Shown one piece after another: positions 35,434-44,604 of a stretch of DNA of 64,000 bases. Each line of letters begins with the position of its first letter. The stretch's first letter is position 1. The position numbers and the translations under genes are program-made. The DNA lies in the NCBI GenBank assembly GCA_033344795.1, contig JAWPMS010000001.1:2147645-2211644 (forward strand). Reading direction: 5' to 3'. The DNA is from Acidimicrobiia bacterium. GTDB taxonomy: Bacteria > Actinomycetota > Acidimicrobiia > Acidimicrobiales > SHLQ01. The notes beneath the pieces are model-generated. The model ran no database searches. It had not been told where the DNA came from and was given only the letters and a program-made list of their open reading frames with translations.

Positions 35434-36978
35434 GTGACAAAACTGGGCTTTCTTCTCGACAGTGACAACTGCATTGGTTGTCACGCATGCACGGTTGCGT
35501 GCAAGAGCGAACACGACGTACCGCTCGGTGTGAATCGAACATGGGTGAAATACATCGAAACGGGAACCTTCCCCGATGTTGCTCGCAAGTTCAACGTGAT
35601 GCGCTGCAACCAATGTGAGGATGCGCCATGTATGACGATCTGCCCGACCTCGGCCCTCTTCCGTGCCGACAACGGCGTGGTCGACTTTCAAGATGATGAC
35701 TGCATCGGGTGCAAGTCGTGCATGAACGCATGCCCGTACGACGCGCTGTACATCAACCCGGAAACCAACACGGCGCACAAGTGCAACATGTGCAACCACC
35801 GGTTGGAGCAGAACCTCGAACCGTCGTGCCAGATCGTGTGTCCCACCGAGGCCATTATCATCGGTGACCTCGACGACCCGACGTCAAAGATCAGCCAGAT
35901 GATCGCCAGAAACGACGTCTCCGTGAGGTCGCCAGAACAGAACACGAAACCCAAGGTGTTCTACAAGGGCGCCGACCAGGCGTCGCTTGATCCAACCCGC
36001 ACAGCGATCGCAAACGACGGCATGATCTGGGCCGATACCACACCAGATCACCCATCCGTTGCCGTCACGATTGGCAAGAAACCCCTCGACATGGACGGTG
36101 TCGTCGCACGCACGGCCTACACCACCAAACACAAGCCGACCTGGGGTCAGATGGTCTCCGGATATCTCGTCACCAAGGCGATTGCCGGTGGCGCGATGCT
36201 CATCGCGGCGCTGATGGTTTTGCTCGGACATTCCAACCAGCAAGGCGCTGTTGGCATCATGGCTCCGCTCGTCGGGCTCGTCTTCCTCGGCATCACCAGC
36301 GCACTGTTGGTTCTCGACCTGAAGCAGCCGACCCGCTTCTATTACCTGCTGACCAAGGGCAACTTCTCCTCGTGGCTGGTGAAGGGCGCCTACGTGCTGA
36401 TGGCGTTCGGCGCCGTGAGCGGCGCGTGGTTGCTTGCCGGCATCCTCGAGGCAGATGGTCTGATCAAGGTGCTGGCGATACCTGCGGCGCTCGCCGGTAT
36501 GGCGACCGCTGGATACACGGCATTTCTCTTTGCGCAGTGTGAGGGGCGAGATCTTTGGCAGACGCCGCTGCTGTTGCCGATGTTGTTGGCCAGGGCCGTT
36601 ACCGCTGGGGCCGCGGCGTGGATGATCGCCGACGTCTTCATGGACGTTCGTGACCCCGACGCTGTTCGATACGCACTTATCGGCGGTGTTGTTGGCGTGC
36701 TCGCTCTCAGCTGGATGGAGACGGTCAGTCACGGTTCCCGGCACGTTGAACTTGCTGTCCACAACATGGTGAAGGGCGAGAATGCCTCGCTGTTCTGGGG
36801 AGGCATCCTCGTTGGGGCTGTCGTCCCGCTCGTCCTTGCCATCGTCGCGGTGACCGTCGGCGGGTCCGCGGGCTCAGCGGTTTCACTCAGCGCCTTTGCC
36901 GGGATCTTTGCTCTGATCGGCATGTTCCTTTCCGAAACCGCCTTCGTTCGCGCAGGCCAGTCCGTTCCTCTCTCCTGA
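35434..36978 (+). CDS. fused 4x[4Fe-4S] ferredoxin subunit (PsrB/DmsB-like) and NrfD/PsrC-like integral membrane subunit
   Basis: ORF 35365..36978. Four Cys clusters (CIGCHACTVAC, CNQCEDAPC, CIGCKSCMNAC, CNMCNHR…C) followed by about 8 hydrophobic helices. GTG 35434 (VTKLGFLLD) preferred as start, since ATG 35365 lies only 7 nt beyond the lysR start codon and inside its candidate LysR box. Confidence 0.75.
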   Translation: MTKLGFLLDSDNCIGCHACTVACKSEHDVPLGVNRTWVKYIETGTFPDVARKFNVMRCNQCEDAPCMTICPTSALFRADNGVVDFQDDDCIGCKSCMNACPYDALYINPETNTAHKCNMCNHRLEQNLEPSCQIVCPTEAIIIGDLDDPTSKISQMIARNDVSVRSPEQNTKPKVFYKGADQASLDPTRTAIANDGMIWADTTPDHPSVAVTIGKKPLDMDGVVARTAYTTKHKPTWGQMVSGYLVTKAIAGGAMLIAALMVLLGHSNQQGAVGIMAPLVGLVFLGITSALLVLDLKQPTRFYYLLTKGNFSSWLVKGAYVLMAFGAVSGAWLLAGILEADGLIKVLAIPAALAGMATAGYTAFLFAQCEGRDLWQTPLLLPMLLARAVTAGAAAWMIADVFMDVRDPDAVRYALIGGVVGVLALSWMETVSHGSRHVELAVHNMVKGENASLFWGGILVGAVVPLVLAIVAVTVGGSAGSAVSLSAFAGIFALIGMFLSETAFVRAGQSVPLS

Positions 36979-36988
36979 AAGCCTTGCG

Positions 36989-39853
36989 ATGACTGACCTA
37001 GACAAGTATCCGCCGCTCGAAGACTGGCATGACGTCACGAGCCTCGATGCCAAGGCATGGCCGACCAAGGTCGAAAAGCACCACACCCTGGTGCCAACGA
37101 GCTGCTTCAACTGCGAAGCCGGATGCGGGCTCACCGCGTGGTTCAACAAGGACACCGGCGAGATAGAGAAGGTCGAGGGCAACCCGGAGCATCCCGCCAG
37201 CCGTGGTCGCAACTGCGCCAAGGGCCCGGCAACGTTGAACCAGATCTATGACCCCGAGCGGATCATGTTCCCGATGAAACGTGTCGGCGAGCGGGGTTCA
37301 GGCGGTTGGGAGCGCATCAGCTGGGACCAGGCACTACAGGAGCTTGGTGCGCGGCTGCGAAAAGCGATGCAGGAAGAGCGTCACAACGAGATCATGTATC
37401 ACGTTGGCCGTCCCGGAGAAGAGGGTTACACCGACCGCGTGCTCAAGGCGTGGGGCGTAGATGGCCACAACAGCCACACAAACATCTGTTCATCGAATGC
37501 TCGCATTGGCTACCAGAGCTGGATGGGCCACGATCGCCCGTCCGCCGACTACGCGAACGCCGAGGTTATCTTCTTGATCTCGGCTCACCTCGAGTCGGGT
37601 CACTACTTCAACCCGCACGCACAACGAATCATCGAAGCCCAACAAAACGGTGCCACGGTCATCGTCTGCGACCCGCGTCTGTCGAATACCGGATCCAAGG
37701 CAGACCACTGGCTTCCCACCTGGCCGGGCACCGAACCGTTCCTGTGCCTCTCGATCATTCATCAGATGCTTGAGGACGACACCTGGAACAAGGAGTTCGT
37801 CGAACGTTGGGTGAACTGGGACACCTTTCTGGCAGAAGAGTTCCCCGACATGCCCAACGAGTTCGCCTCGCTTGGTCCCGCGCTCAAGGCGCATTACGCC
37901 GAGTACACCCCGGAAAAGGCTGAGTACATCACCGGGATTCCCGCCGAGCAGATCCGTGAGATCGCCAGCATCATCGGCAAACACCCAACCAAGTTCGCCT
38001 CACACAACTGGCGTGCCGCGGGCGCGGGAAACATGGGTGGCTGGCAGGTCGCTCGATGTCTCTTCTTCATCGCCGTGATGACTGGATCGGTGGCCACTGA
38101 AGGTGGCACCTCGGGCAACGGATGGAACAAGTTCGCTCCGGCTGCGCCGCTCGGCGCACCCGGTATCGAACGCTGGAACGATCTCGAATGGCCGAAGGAG
38201 TTTCCGCTCGCCTATCACGAAATGTCGATCCTCCTTCCGCACTTTCTCAACGAGGGACGAGGCAAACTCGACACCTACTTCTCTCGGGTCTACAACCCCA
38301 TCTGGACCAACCCGGACGGCTTCAGCTGGATGGAAGCGCTCACCGACCCCGACAAGGTCGAGTGCCACGTAGCGCTCACGCCAACCTGGAGCGAGACCGC
38401 TTGGTTCGCCGACTACGTCCTGCCAATGGGAGTTGGCGCGGAACGCCACGATGTCGTCAGCTATGAAACACATCAGGGCCGGTGGATCGCCTTTCGCCAG
38501 AGCGTGTTCCGTCGGTTTGCCGAGATAGAAGGCAAAGAGGTCAACGCCGATTCTCGCACCCACGAGTTCAACCCGGGCGAGGTCTGGGAAGAGAACGAAT
38601 TCTGGATCGACCTTTCGTGGGCGATCGACCCCGATGGCGAGATGGGCATCCGGCAGTACTTCGAGAGCGAAGAGAACCCGGGCAAGCCGATCGGCGTGGA
38701 CGAGTACTACGGCAAGATGTTCGCGGAGAACGTTCCGGGGCTGGCCGAAGACGCGGCAGCCGCTGGCGAAACCCCGCTCGAGTACATGCGCAACCGAGGC
38801 GCATACGCGCTCGAGGGCGATCAGCGCACGCCATACGAGCGCGATGTCGATCCGTCGGCAGTGGAAGGCTGCGTCAAGGACGAGGGCGGTGTCTTTCGCA
38901 AGCCCGGCACATCCGCCATGTGGGACGGCACGCCGGAAGGTTTGCAGGACATCAAACTCGCGCGACTCGGCGACGGATCTCCCGCAATCGAGATCGACGG
39001 CGAGATCAAAGAAGGTTTCGTCACCCCATCGAAGAAGCTCGAACTCTTCTCGACGACGCTCAAGGACTGGGGCTGGCCCGAGTACGCCACGCCGAAGTGG
39101 ATTCCGAGCCATGTGCACTGGGAAGACCTCGATATGGAGCCCGATGCCGAAGGTTCGCTCGGCAATGAACGAATCCTTCTGCCGACCTTCCGCATCCCCA
39201 CGCTCATCCACACCCGTTCGGCAAACAGCAAGTGGTTGAGCGAGATCAGTCACCGTCACCCGCTCTGGTTGCATCCCGAGGACGCCGAGAAGCTGAACAT
39301 CGCAGAGAACGGCCTCGTGCGGGTCACGACCCGAATTGGCCACTTCGTGATCAGCGCGTGGCAGACCGAGGGCATTCGTCCTGGCATCGTGGCGGCTTCG
39401 CACCACATGGGCCGCTGGCGTCTGGAAGAAGACAAGGCCCGCAGCTGGGGCGCTGGTAAGGCTGATATCAAGTTTCCAGAGCGCAAGCCTGACGAGCGTG
39501 GCGTATGGCAACTCAAGCGTACCGACGGGATTCGTACGTGGGATTCCGAGGACGACGACACGAACCGCATCTGGTGGACCGACACCGGTGTGCACCAGAA
39601 CCTCACGTTCGCCGTACAGCCCGACCCGATCTCCGGCATGCAGTGCTGGCATCAGCGTGTCCGAGTCACTCCGGCTGAGGCGGGGGATCAATACGGCGAT
39701 GTCGTCGTCGACACGAACAAGTCTCGCGAGGCCTACCTCGAGTGGCTAGCAAAGACCCGTCCGGCCCCCGGTCCCAATGGCTTGCGTCGCCCGCTCTGGT
39801 ATGCCCGCCCGCTCAAACCAACTGCGCCGACCTACCTCAGCCCCGACGCCTAA
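36989..39853 (+). CDS. molybdopterin (Mo-bisPGD) oxidoreductase catalytic subunit without Tat signal
   Basis: 954-aa ORF. N-terminal FS0 motif CFNCEAGCG…C(AKG). No RR twin-arginine leader in the first 45 residues. Confidence 0.8.
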   Translation: MTDLDKYPPLEDWHDVTSLDAKAWPTKVEKHHTLVPTSCFNCEAGCGLTAWFNKDTGEIEKVEGNPEHPASRGRNCAKGPATLNQIYDPERIMFPMKRVGERGSGGWERISWDQALQELGARLRKAMQEERHNEIMYHVGRPGEEGYTDRVLKAWGVDGHNSHTNICSSNARIGYQSWMGHDRPSADYANAEVIFLISAHLESGHYFNPHAQRIIEAQQNGATVIVCDPRLSNTGSKADHWLPTWPGTEPFLCLSIIHQMLEDDTWNKEFVERWVNWDTFLAEEFPDMPNEFASLGPALKAHYAEYTPEKAEYITGIPAEQIREIASIIGKHPTKFASHNWRAAGAGNMGGWQVARCLFFIAVMTGSVATEGGTSGNGWNKFAPAAPLGAPGIERWNDLEWPKEFPLAYHEMSILLPHFLNEGRGKLDTYFSRVYNPIWTNPDGFSWMEALTDPDKVECHVALTPTWSETAWFADYVLPMGVGAERHDVVSYETHQGRWIAFRQSVFRRFAEIEGKEVNADSRTHEFNPGEVWEENEFWIDLSWAIDPDGEMGIRQYFESEENPGKPIGVDEYYGKMFAENVPGLAEDAAAAGETPLEYMRNRGAYALEGDQRTPYERDVDPSAVEGCVKDEGGVFRKPGTSAMWDGTPEGLQDIKLARLGDGSPAIEIDGEIKEGFVTPSKKLELFSTTLKDWGWPEYATPKWIPSHVHWEDLDMEPDAEGSLGNERILLPTFRIPTLIHTRSANSKWLSEISHRHPLWLHPEDAEKLNIAENGLVRVTTRIGHFVISAWQTEGIRPGIVAASHHMGRWRLEEDKARSWGAGKADIKFPERKPDERGVWQLKRTDGIRTWDSEDDDTNRIWWTDTGVHQNLTFAVQPDPISGMQCWHQRVRVTPAEAGDQYGDVVVDTNKSREAYLEWLAKTRPAPGPNGLRRPLWYARPLKPTAPTYLSPDA

Positions 39854-40770
39854 CCTTCCGCTGAGCTGCGACAGGTGGTTCCGAGGCCCGGGTTGCCCAT
39901 CGTCGCGAAAGCCTGGGCTTGCGTTATTTCGGTGTTCGTCTCGGCTAGCTCAGTGGTCATCACGTCTTCGACAAGTCGATGATCGGTGACGGCGTACTCC
40001 CACGTGGCCGTATCGATCAATCCCGCTCTCCAGTCATCGAGCTGATCGTCAGCGACTGCTGCGACGTGATGCCGAATGAAGCTTCCTGTCTCGTCCGTTC
40101 GGCACTCTGTGTGCTCGAGAGTCCCGAAGCATCCGGCGCTGCTGCACCAGTTGCCGTAGAACGCCGTGTCCGTACGTTCGGTCGACAGTGCGAGCCGAAC
40201 TTCGCAGGCTGATAGGTCGGCGACCTCGATTCCGCCGTAGTTGTTCCCATTGCGTTGGAGGAGAAGCTCGTCGTCGCCGTCGTTGTCGAGGTCGGCAACA
40301 TCGGCGAGTTCGTAGCTCACATAGGCAGGCATAAGCGTTGTCCACCCCGCATCGCCGAGATCGATCTGGATGTCGCCATTTTCGTGCACGACGACGCGGT
40401 CGGGGGATCCGTCGCCATTCACGTCGACCTCGCTGAGACTGACCTGTGGGAGGTCGCTGCTTTGCCGGCTCGGCGGGATCTCGGTGAAGCCGTCGCGCCA
40501 TGCCGGCCCGGCGTAACAGCCGTCCTGGAGCTGTACGAACTCGGGCTCGGGTCTGGTACTTGTGAGCGGACTCGACGAGGCTGTCGCGGTACTCGTGGGC
40601 GGAGCTTCGGTCGGGTCGGGAGCGGTCGACGTCGTCGATGGGGGCTGCGTCGTGCTCGCCGTCGAGGGCGGCGGTGTCTGTTGAGAGGCTGCCTGTGGTT
40701 CAGACGAGCACGCGGCCGCGATGATTGCGAGCACGAAGATCAGTTGTCGCAGGGTGCGCGGCGCCGCCAT
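39850..40770 (-). CDS. lipoprotein with S/T/P-rich linker and FG-GAP/DxDxDG-type repeats
   Basis: ORF 39850..40827. ATG 40770 gives MAAPRTLRQLIFVLAIIAAAC (lipobox). Repeats DVNGDGSPDRVVV and DLDNDGDDELLL. Confidence 0.6.
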   Translation of the reverse strand: MAAPRTLRQLIFVLAIIAAACSSEPQAASQQTPPPSTASTTQPPSTTSTAPDPTEAPPTSTATASSSPLTSTRPEPEFVQLQDGCYAGPAWRDGFTEIPPSRQSSDLPQVSLSEVDVNGDGSPDRVVVHENGDIQIDLGDAGWTTLMPAYVSYELADVADLDNDGDDELLLQRNGNNYGGIEVADLSACEVRLALSTERTDTAFYGNWCSSAGCFGTLEHTECRTDETGSFIRHHVAAVADDQLDDWRAGLIDTATWEYAVTDHRLVEDVMTTELAETNTEITQAQAFATMGNPGLGTTCRSSAEG

Positions 40771-40833
40771 GATCTCACCGTACGTGCGCACCCGTCGTCG
40801 GTGAATGGGTGTTGCACCCGCCCGCAATCCCCG

Positions 40834-41232
40834 TCAGCGGGTCGCGTCGAGTTCAGCCGTCAGCTTCTTGGTAGCGGTGTTGCGAAACGAGTCTTCGACG
40901 AGTTCGGCGACTTCGGTCCAGTCGGTCTTCGCAGGAGCGAGGTCGTACCCGAGCCACCCGTGCGGTCCCCAGTAGGCAGGGGTGAAGACACGGTCATGCT
41001 GCTCGAGCGCCAATCGTTCGTCGGGGTCCGGCAAGAAGACGAGCGCCTGATCGAATCGGCCCGAGTGGTGGTCGCCCTTCGTCACCGCGCCATAGATGGC
41101 GAAGATCTTCTTGGTGTAAAAGGCAGGTCGGCCGTGCGAAACCTTCTCGGCAGCGCCTGGTAGCGCGAGGCAAATCTCGCGCAACGAAACCAGCACGGGG
41201 TCGTCATCATCGAACTGCGGTGGGTGCGCCAT
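40834..41232 (-). CDS. MmcQ/YjbR-family protein
   Basis: 132-aa ORF. LREICLALPGAAEKVSHGRPAFY is typical of the YjbR fold family. Confidence 0.6.
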   Translation of the reverse strand: MAHPPQFDDDDPVLVSLREICLALPGAAEKVSHGRPAFYTKKIFAIYGAVTKGDHHSGRFDQALVFLPDPDERLALEQHDRVFTPAYWGPHGWLGYDLAPAKTDWTEVAELVEDSFRNTATKKLTAELDATR

Positions 41233-41265
41233 CGATCGAGCCTATGTGTTTCGTAGTGTGGGTTC

Positions 41266-42054
41266 ATGAACCTGTCGACGAATGGGCCAGAGTTGTGGTC
41301 ATCGGCCTTACCTCGCCCAGGCGTCGATGACCACAAGTACCGACGAGGTCACGCGGTCGTCGTCGGTGCCCCCGACCTGACTGGCGCCAGTCGCCTCGCC
41401 GCGAGCGCCTGTTCGCGGATCGGAGCTGGGTTGGTGACCCTGGTGGCCGAGGAGCGCGGCGACGTCTACCGCACCAGTTTGCCCGCCGACATCATGGTCA
41501 GCGACGACGCTGTTGCACAACGTCGGTCGGTCACCGCGCTTCTCTTGGGGCCAGGCGGGTTGCCAAGCGGAGCGTTGGCCATCGCGACGGCGACGTCAGC
41601 TGAGGCGTCGGTCGTGCTTGACGCTGGAGCCCTTACCTCACACGTGTCGCTCGGCTCGCGGTTTGCGCACCGTGTGCTGACACCCCACGAGGGGGAGTTC
41701 GCGGTGACGTTTCCCGACATCACGGGAGAACGGGAAGACCGAGCGCTCGCAGCGGCACAGCGCGCCAATGCCGTCGTCGTGCTGAAAGGCGCCGAGACCC
41801 TGATCTCCGAGCCGGGTGGGCGAGTCGTACGCAACACGCACGCCAGCCCCTATCTGGCGAAAGCAGGTTCGGGTGATGTGTTGGCGGGGATGATCACCGG
41901 GTTGATCGCTCAGGGCATGGACCCATTCGCTGCGAGCTGCGCGGCCGTATGGATGCACGGCGATGCTGCGAGACGTTTCGGCCCCGGACTGATTCCGGAT
42001 GACCTCATCGACGGGTTTCCAGCGGTTCTGGCCGATCTTCTCGGAGAGGCGTGA
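41266..42054 (+). CDS. nnrD: ADP-dependent NAD(P)H-hydrate dehydratase (YjeF C-terminal family)
   Basis: 262-aa ORF. HKYRRGHAVVVGA…LTPHEGEF…VVLKGAETLI…GSGDVLAGMITGL. Confidence 0.8.
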   Translation: MNLSTNGPELWSSALPRPGVDDHKYRRGHAVVVGAPDLTGASRLAASACSRIGAGLVTLVAEERGDVYRTSLPADIMVSDDAVAQRRSVTALLLGPGGLPSGALAIATATSAEASVVLDAGALTSHVSLGSRFAHRVLTPHEGEFAVTFPDITGEREDRALAAAQRANAVVVLKGAETLISEPGGRVVRNTHASPYLAKAGSGDVLAGMITGLIAQGMDPFAASCAAVWMHGDAARRFGPGLIPDDLIDGFPAVLADLLGEA

Positions 42055-42056
42055 GA

Positions 42057-43190
42057 TCAGTCGAGCTCGACCTGCTCGCGTATCCACTGGGCTGCTCGCA
42101 CGCCGCCGGAGAGCTCGACCACCCCCCGGCCAGCGGCTCGAATGACCCCTGCGGTGATCAACCGCGACCGGTAGACGGAAACCCACGAGCTGGTCTTGTC
42201 GAGTTCCTCTCGGATCTGCTTGACCGTGGCACGACCTTCGGGATCGCTGGCGAGAACTGCCAGGACTCTTCGCGATGAGGGTGACAGCTGGCGCCAGGTG
42301 GGTTGCAGCACGTCGAGGATCGATTGTTCATTCGCGGCCTCGTACGACTCCTCGATGACAGAGGCCCCGATCGGTTGGCCTTCGTCGAGTCGGTGCCAGA
42401 TCTCGTATCCCAACAACTGCACCAAATACGGATAGCCCAGGGTCTGGTCGGCAGCCTTGGTCATCTGTGGGCGTTCGTAGGACACGTCGGCCTCGTCGAA
42501 GGGGGTGCAGAGCGCCTCGACCGATTCGGCTGTAGTGAGTGGCTCGAGTTCAAAGCGGGCAATTCGGCTGAAGAAGGTTGCACCGCGTTCGTTGAAGATC
42601 ATGTCGACGATGCTCGGAAGCGCTGCACCGGCAAATGCGACGTCCTGCACATGCTGCAAGTCGTTGCCGAGCCGTTCGAGTTCACGAGGAATCGCAGCGT
42701 GCATCTCGTCGACGGTCAGCAACAAACCGGCACCTCCACCGGCGACTACACGCGCCGTGACGCGTTCGAGCAGCGGTTTGAGCATGGTCATCGGGTCGGT
42801 GGTCAGCGGGTCACCACCGTCGGCCTTGGTGAAGTCGAGGTGTCCGCGCACGACGCCGACGCTCGCCCCAGCTTGGGCCTTGGTGGCCCGCCAGCCCGGC
42901 TTTTGCTCGAGCTCTTCTTCGAGAAGAAGGAGGTCTCGCACGATTCTGCGGAGCATGCCGTCGTTCGCATCGACGGCGACGGTGAGGTACCCCTCGGCCT
43001 CTGCGATGTCTCGAAATGACGCGAGGAGAACGGTCTTGCCGAGGCCTCGTGCGCCGGTGACAAGCGAGTTGTGGTATCGACTACCGGGACCGTTGGCCAG
43101 ACCTTCACCGAAGAGCAGTTCCACATGCTCGCGTCCGACGAATGCAGGTGGCCACGACCCAAAGCCGGGTCGGAAAGGGTTGTTCAGCAT
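42057..43190 (-). CDS. orphan P-loop ATPase (ORC/Cdc6-like AAA) with C-terminal winged-helix
   Basis: ORF 42057..43235. ATG 43190 (MLNNPFRPGFG). FVGRE…Walker A TGARGLGKT, Walker B LLLTVDEMH. C-terminal wHTH-like segment. Confidence 0.6.
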   Translation of the reverse strand: MLNNPFRPGFGSWPPAFVGREHVELLFGEGLANGPGSRYHNSLVTGARGLGKTVLLASFRDIAEAEGYLTVAVDANDGMLRRIVRDLLLLEEELEQKPGWRATKAQAGASVGVVRGHLDFTKADGGDPLTTDPMTMLKPLLERVTARVVAGGGAGLLLTVDEMHAAIPRELERLGNDLQHVQDVAFAGAALPSIVDMIFNERGATFFSRIARFELEPLTTAESVEALCTPFDEADVSYERPQMTKAADQTLGYPYLVQLLGYEIWHRLDEGQPIGASVIEESYEAANEQSILDVLQPTWRQLSPSSRRVLAVLASDPEGRATVKQIREELDKTSSWVSVYRSRLITAGVIRAAGRGVVELSGGVRAAQWIREQVELD

Positions 43191-43336
43191 TGGGTCTTCC
43201 CTGCCGGATTCGTCAAGACTCTCTAACGAATCCAATTGATCTTGTTATAAACATAACAAACGGGTGTGACACTGTTAGTGAAGAGGACACTGCTCTGCGG
43301 AAGACACGGCTCTGCAAAAGGCATAGGGTCGCCGCC

Positions 43337-44389
43337 ATGATTTCGATGCCGGTTGACGAGATGATCGATCCACACATGCACCTCTTCGACCTCAAAGGCA
43401 CACCACGGCCCATGCAGCCGCTGGGAAAACTGTTCGGGTGGAATGACCGGGTGTTGCGGTTCATGGCCGCCAGGTTGATGCCAAAGGAGACGGTTGCGTA
43501 CTTCGGCCGCGACACCGACCTGCTCTCGGATTATCTCCCGGCGGACTTTCGAGCCGATGCCACATCGTGCAAGGTCGACCGCTATGTCCACGTACAGGCG
43601 GGCTGGAAAGACAAGACGCCGCTCGATCCCGTTGGTGAAACCCGCTGGCTCGAAGGTCTCGACGACGGACCAGCCGCGATCGTGGCGCACGCCGACCTGG
43701 CGTTGGGCGTCGATGTCGGTCAGGTGCTCGCAGCTCACAAAGCGGCAAGCAGCAAAGTCCGGGGAGTGCGCCACATGCTCTCGTGGCACAAGCATGACAT
43801 GGTCATGAACTTCAGCGAAACGCCCCAACTGAGCCGGACGTTGGCCTTCCGCCGCGGCTTTGATCAGCTCGCAGAGCATGATCTGTCGTTCGACGCCTGG
43901 TGCTACAGCGGGCAGATCGACGAGGTCTCCGAACTCGCGGCGCACAACCCCGAGGTACCCCTCGTGCTCTGCCATGCCGGAAGCCCGGTGGGCGTCGGTG
44001 GCGACTTCTACGGAGTGGGGGTGTCCGATCAAGAACGGGCGCGGATCGGCTCTCAATGGCGTGACTCGATCAGTGGCTTGGCGGAGCACGCACACGTCAC
44101 GTGCAAACTCTCGGGCCTACTGATGCCAGCGCTTGGATTCGGATTCGAGAACTCGAGCCCTCCGGCGCGAGTTGACGAGCTCGTCGACCGCCTGAGTCCG
44201 CTGGTCGAGCATTGCATCGACGCGTTCGGGCCAGAGCGATGCATGGTCGCTTCCAACTTTCCGGTGGATCGGGTGGCCGTGAGTTACGAAACGCTCATCT
44301 CGGCAATGCTCGAGATGACACATCGATATGGCCTCGATGCCCAGAAGGCGATGTTCGCGGGCACCGCCGAGAGGTTCTATCGGATCTAG
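43337..44389 (+). CDS. amidohydrolase-2 (metal-dependent TIM-barrel hydrolase) family protein
   Basis: ORF 43142..44389. ATG 43337. N-terminal metal motif IDPHMHLFDL. Confidence 0.7.
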   Translation: MISMPVDEMIDPHMHLFDLKGTPRPMQPLGKLFGWNDRVLRFMAARLMPKETVAYFGRDTDLLSDYLPADFRADATSCKVDRYVHVQAGWKDKTPLDPVGETRWLEGLDDGPAAIVAHADLALGVDVGQVLAAHKAASSKVRGVRHMLSWHKHDMVMNFSETPQLSRTLAFRRGFDQLAEHDLSFDAWCYSGQIDEVSELAAHNPEVPLVLCHAGSPVGVGGDFYGVGVSDQERARIGSQWRDSISGLAEHAHVTCKLSGLLMPALGFGFENSSPPARVDELVDRLSPLVEHCIDAFGPERCMVASNFPVDRVAVSYETLISAMLEMTHRYGLDAQKAMFAGTAERFYRI

Positions 44390-44484
44390 CTGAGTTCGCG
44401 GTTTGCCTCTTCGCTGACGAGGATCGCAGCCAGGGCTGCGACGCTCACGACGAAGGATCCGACCGTTGTGGCGACAATCTTCAT
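44386..44484 (-). CDS. possible 32-aa hydrophobic small protein (MKIVATTVGSFVVSVAALAAILVSEEANRELS)
   Basis: Below the ORF-track size cut-off. ATG 44484 is preceded by AAGGGA. One predicted TM helix. No other support. Confidence 0.25.
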   Translation of the reverse strand: MKIVATTVGSFVVSVAALAAILVSEEANRELS

Positions 44485-44604
44485 GACAAGTCCCTTGGTT
44501 CTCGATCAGACCGTTGCTGTCGAGCTACGAACCACACTGGACGATGCACACACTTCGATCATCGGGGATTGCCCCCATCGCGACCCCTATGACCAGAAGT
44601 GCCG

